Assembly (NCBI GenBank): GCA_003971905.1
Contig: RSEE01000086.1
Span: forward strand, 248,001 to 301,916
DNA: 53,916 bases
From: Moniliella sp. 'wahieum'
Lineage: Eukaryota
Reading direction: 5' to 3'
Shown: in pieces, positions 50,800-53,916 of the stretch
Position numbering within the stretch: position 1 is the stretch's first letter
How the letters are laid out: each line of letters begins with the position of its first letter
Translations under genes and position numbers: made by a program
The notes under the pieces: model-generated
Told to the model about the DNA's origin: nothing
Databases searched by the model: none
The model's input: the letters and a program-made list of their open reading frames with translations, nothing else

Positions 50800-53700
50800 C
50801 AAGGGCATGCCCACCCCACCCATTCAGGGTTGAGACAACTTTTGACTGGAAGACCACGGGAGTGAGTTAGTTTGAGTAGTACAAGGCTGTAGCTATCCAC
50901 CCCTACCACTCTCACTGTGATGCGACGCCTGGCCTTGGTGGGCAGTGCCGCCCTAACTTGACCCCACCCATAGGACCCAGGATGGATGCGACCATGCCAA
51001 CTTGGGATCTCAGCCTCCCAGCTCCCACTTCCCACATCAGTAGTCCCAGTCCAGGAGATGACAGTATTCAGATCCATGATCACCTGGTGGAATCGGGTAC
51101 CTGTCATAGAGAAGTGGGTGACAGACATCACCGGTCACCGTATATCGTTGAGTGAACATCACCCTTCAACGCCGACCCCAGGACCCAATCGAAGTACCTC
51201 AGTGTGTAGAGCTGGGTCAGGAGAAGCGATAGCACCGGTCCGGATCTCAATCGGACCAATACTGACCGAGTACCGTCCGTGGGAAGTCTGACCGGTGACA
51301 TCACCCTCTACTCGACCTACAGGGCTCAACCTCGACCTATTCCAGATCTGTTTCGTGCAGCTCTAGTCCTTCCGAGGTCTAGAGGGCCTGGTAGTTTCAT
51401 TCCGGTCGGACCAATATTGACGGACCGAGGTGGAGTTGAACCTGGGGTACGACCTGATACTTACAAGGGCATGCCCACCCACCCATTCAGGGTTGAGACA
51501 ACTTTTGACTGGAAGACCACGGGAGTGAGTTAGTTGAGTAGTACAAGGCTGTAGCTATCCACCCCTACCACTCTCACTGTGATGCGACGCCTGGCCTTGG
51601 TGGCAGTGCCGCCCTAACTTGACCCCACCCATAGGACCCAGGATGGATGCGACCATGCAACTTGGGATCTCAGCCTCCCCAGCTCCCACTTCCCACATCA
51701 GTAGTCCCAGTCCAGGAGATGAGCTGACAGTATTCAGATCCATGATCACCTGGTGGAATCGGGGTACCTGTCATAGGAGAGAAGTGGGTGACAGACATCA
51801 CCGGTCACCGTATATCGTTGAGTGAACATCCCCTTCAACGCCGACCCCAGGACCCAACGAAGTACCTCAGTGTTAGAGCTGGGTCAGGAGAAGCGATAGC
51901 ACCGTCCGGATCTCAATCGGACCAATACTGACCGTACCGTCCGTGGGAAGTCTGACCGGTGACATCACCCTCTACTCGACCTACAGGGCTCAAACCTCGA
52001 CCTATTCCAATCTGTTTCGTGCAGCCTCTAGTCCTTCCCGAGGTCTAGGGGCCTGGTAGTTTCATTCCGGTCGGACCAATATTGACGGACCGAGGTGGAG
52101 TTGAACCTGGGGTACGACCTGATACTTACAAGGGCATGCCCACCCCACCCATTCAGGGTTGAGACAACTTTTGACTGGAAGACCACGGGAGTGAGTTAGT
52201 TTGAGTAGTACAAGGCTGTAGCTATCCACCCCTACCACTCTCACTGTGATGCGACGCCTGGCCTTGGTGGGCAGTGCCGCCCTAACTTGACCCCACCCAT
52301 AGGACCCAGGATGGATGCGACCATGCCAACTTGGGATCTCAGCCTCCCCAGCTCCCACTTCCCACATCAGTAGTCCCAGTCCAGGAGATGAGCTGACAGT
52401 ATTCAGATCCATGATCACCTGGTGGAATCGGGTACCTGTCATAGGAGAGAAGTGGGTGACAGACATCACCGGTCACCGTATATCGTTGAGTGAACATCAC
52501 CCTTCAACGCCGACCCCAGGACCCAATCGAAGTACCTCAGTGTGTAGAGCTGGGTCAGAGAAGCGATAGCACCGGTCCGGATCTCAATCGGACCAATATG
52601 ACCGAGTACCGTCCGTGGGAAGTCTGACCGGTGACATCACCCTCTACTCGACCTACAGGGCTCAAACCTCGACCTATTCCAGATCTGTTTCGTGCAGCCT
52701 CTAGTCCTTCCGAGGTCTAGAGGGCCTGGTAGTTTCATTCCGGTCGGACCAATATTGACGGACCGAGGTGGAGTTGAACCTGGGGTACGACTGATACTTA
52801 CAAGGGCATGCCCACCCCACCCATTCAGGGTTGAGACAACTTTGACTGGAAGACCACGGGAGTGAGTTAGTTGAGTAGTACAAGGCTGTAGCTATCCACC
52901 CCTACCACTCTCACTGTGATGCGACGCCTGGCTTGGTGGGCAGTGCCGCCCTAACTTGACCCCACCCATAGGACCCAGGATGGATGCGACCATGCCAACT
53001 TGGGATCTCAGCCTCCCCAGCTCCCACTTCCCACATCAGTAGTCCCAGTCCAGGAGATGAGCTGACAGTATTCAGATCCATGATCACCTGGTGGAATCGG
53101 GTACCTGTCATAGGAGAGAAGTGGGTGACAGACATCACGGTCACCGTATATCGTTGAGTGAACATCACCCTTCAACGCCGACCCAGGACCCAATCGAAGT
53201 ACCTCAGTGTGTAGAGCTGGGTCAGAGAGAGAGTAAGCCGGTCCGGATCTCAATCGGACCAATACTGACCGAGTACCGTCCGTGGGAAGTCTGACCGGTG
53301 ACATCACCCTCTACTCGACCTACAGGGCTCAAAACCTCGACCTATTCCAGATCTGTTTCGTGCAGCCTCTAGTCCTTCCCGAGGTCTAGAGGGCCTGGTA
53401 GTTCATTCCGGTCGGACCAATATTGACGGACCGAGGTGGAGTTGAACCTGGGGTACGACCTGATACTTACAAGGGCATGCCCACCCACCCATTCAGGGTT
53501 GAGACAACTTTGACTGGAAGACCACGGGAGTGAGTTAGTTTGAGTAGTACAAGGCTGTAGCTATCCACCCCTACCACTCTCACTGTGATGCGGACGCCTG
53601 CCTTGTGGGCAGTGCCGCCCTAACTGACCCCACCCATAGGACCCAGGATGGATGCGACCATGCCAACTTGGGATCTCAGCCTCCCCAGTCCCACTTCCAC

Positions 53701-53916
53701 ATCAGTAGTCCCAGTCCAGGAGATGAGCTGACAGTTTCAGACATGATCACTGGTGGAATCGGGTACCTGTCATAGGAGAGAAGTGGGTGACAGACATCAC
53801 CGGTCACCGTATATCGTTGAGTGAACATCACCCTTCAACGCCGACCCCAGGACCAATCGAAGTACTCAGTGGTAGAGCTGGGTCAGAGAAGCGATAGCAC
53901 CGGTCCGGATCTCAAT
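50797..53916. repeat. Tandem array of ~670-bp units (4 complete plus 1 partial, running off the window)
   Basis: TTACAAGGGCATGCCC recurs at 50797, 51461, 52126, 52798 and 53467; units are near-identical apart from small indels. Confidence 0.97.

Noticed and set aside
50051..53307. Short ORFs in the 40-bp and 670-bp arrays
   Set aside because: The 40-bp period is not a multiple of 3, ORFs vary between copies, and none has a recognisable domain.

Overview
Eukaryotic, GC-rich, intron-poor fungal DNA, most likely a basidiomycete (Ustilaginomycotina-like is an inference from gene style). It appears to run into a chromosome or contig end on the right. Almost every conserved gene carries several 1-bp indels, which I read as unpolished long-read errors, so CDS coordinates are approximate spans. 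From left to right: a START-domain lipid-transfer gene, CMK1, RRP17, ERG1, a Ran1/Pat1-like kinase, SWD2, ATG14 and an orphan multi-pass membrane protein. Next is a gene-poor AT-richer island (~23.4-30 kb) with a solo LTR flanked by a perfect 5-bp TSD. Then follow a hypothetical gene, a neutral ceramidase, a coiled-coil protein, a stand-alone EF1Bgamma-type GST, RNR2 and an intron-containing tRNA-Thr(AGU). The most unusual part is the right end. A Ty1/Copia element is cut off just upstream of its RT and joined directly to ~21 copies of a 40-bp repeat. Only 14 bp of telomeric TAGGGTTAGGGTTA follow, and these overlap by TTA with the first unit of a homogeneous, hairpin-rich ~670-bp tandem array that runs to the window end. 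This layering suggests a healed break whose eroded telomere was extended by a non-telomerase repeat unit; that interpretation is a hypothesis.
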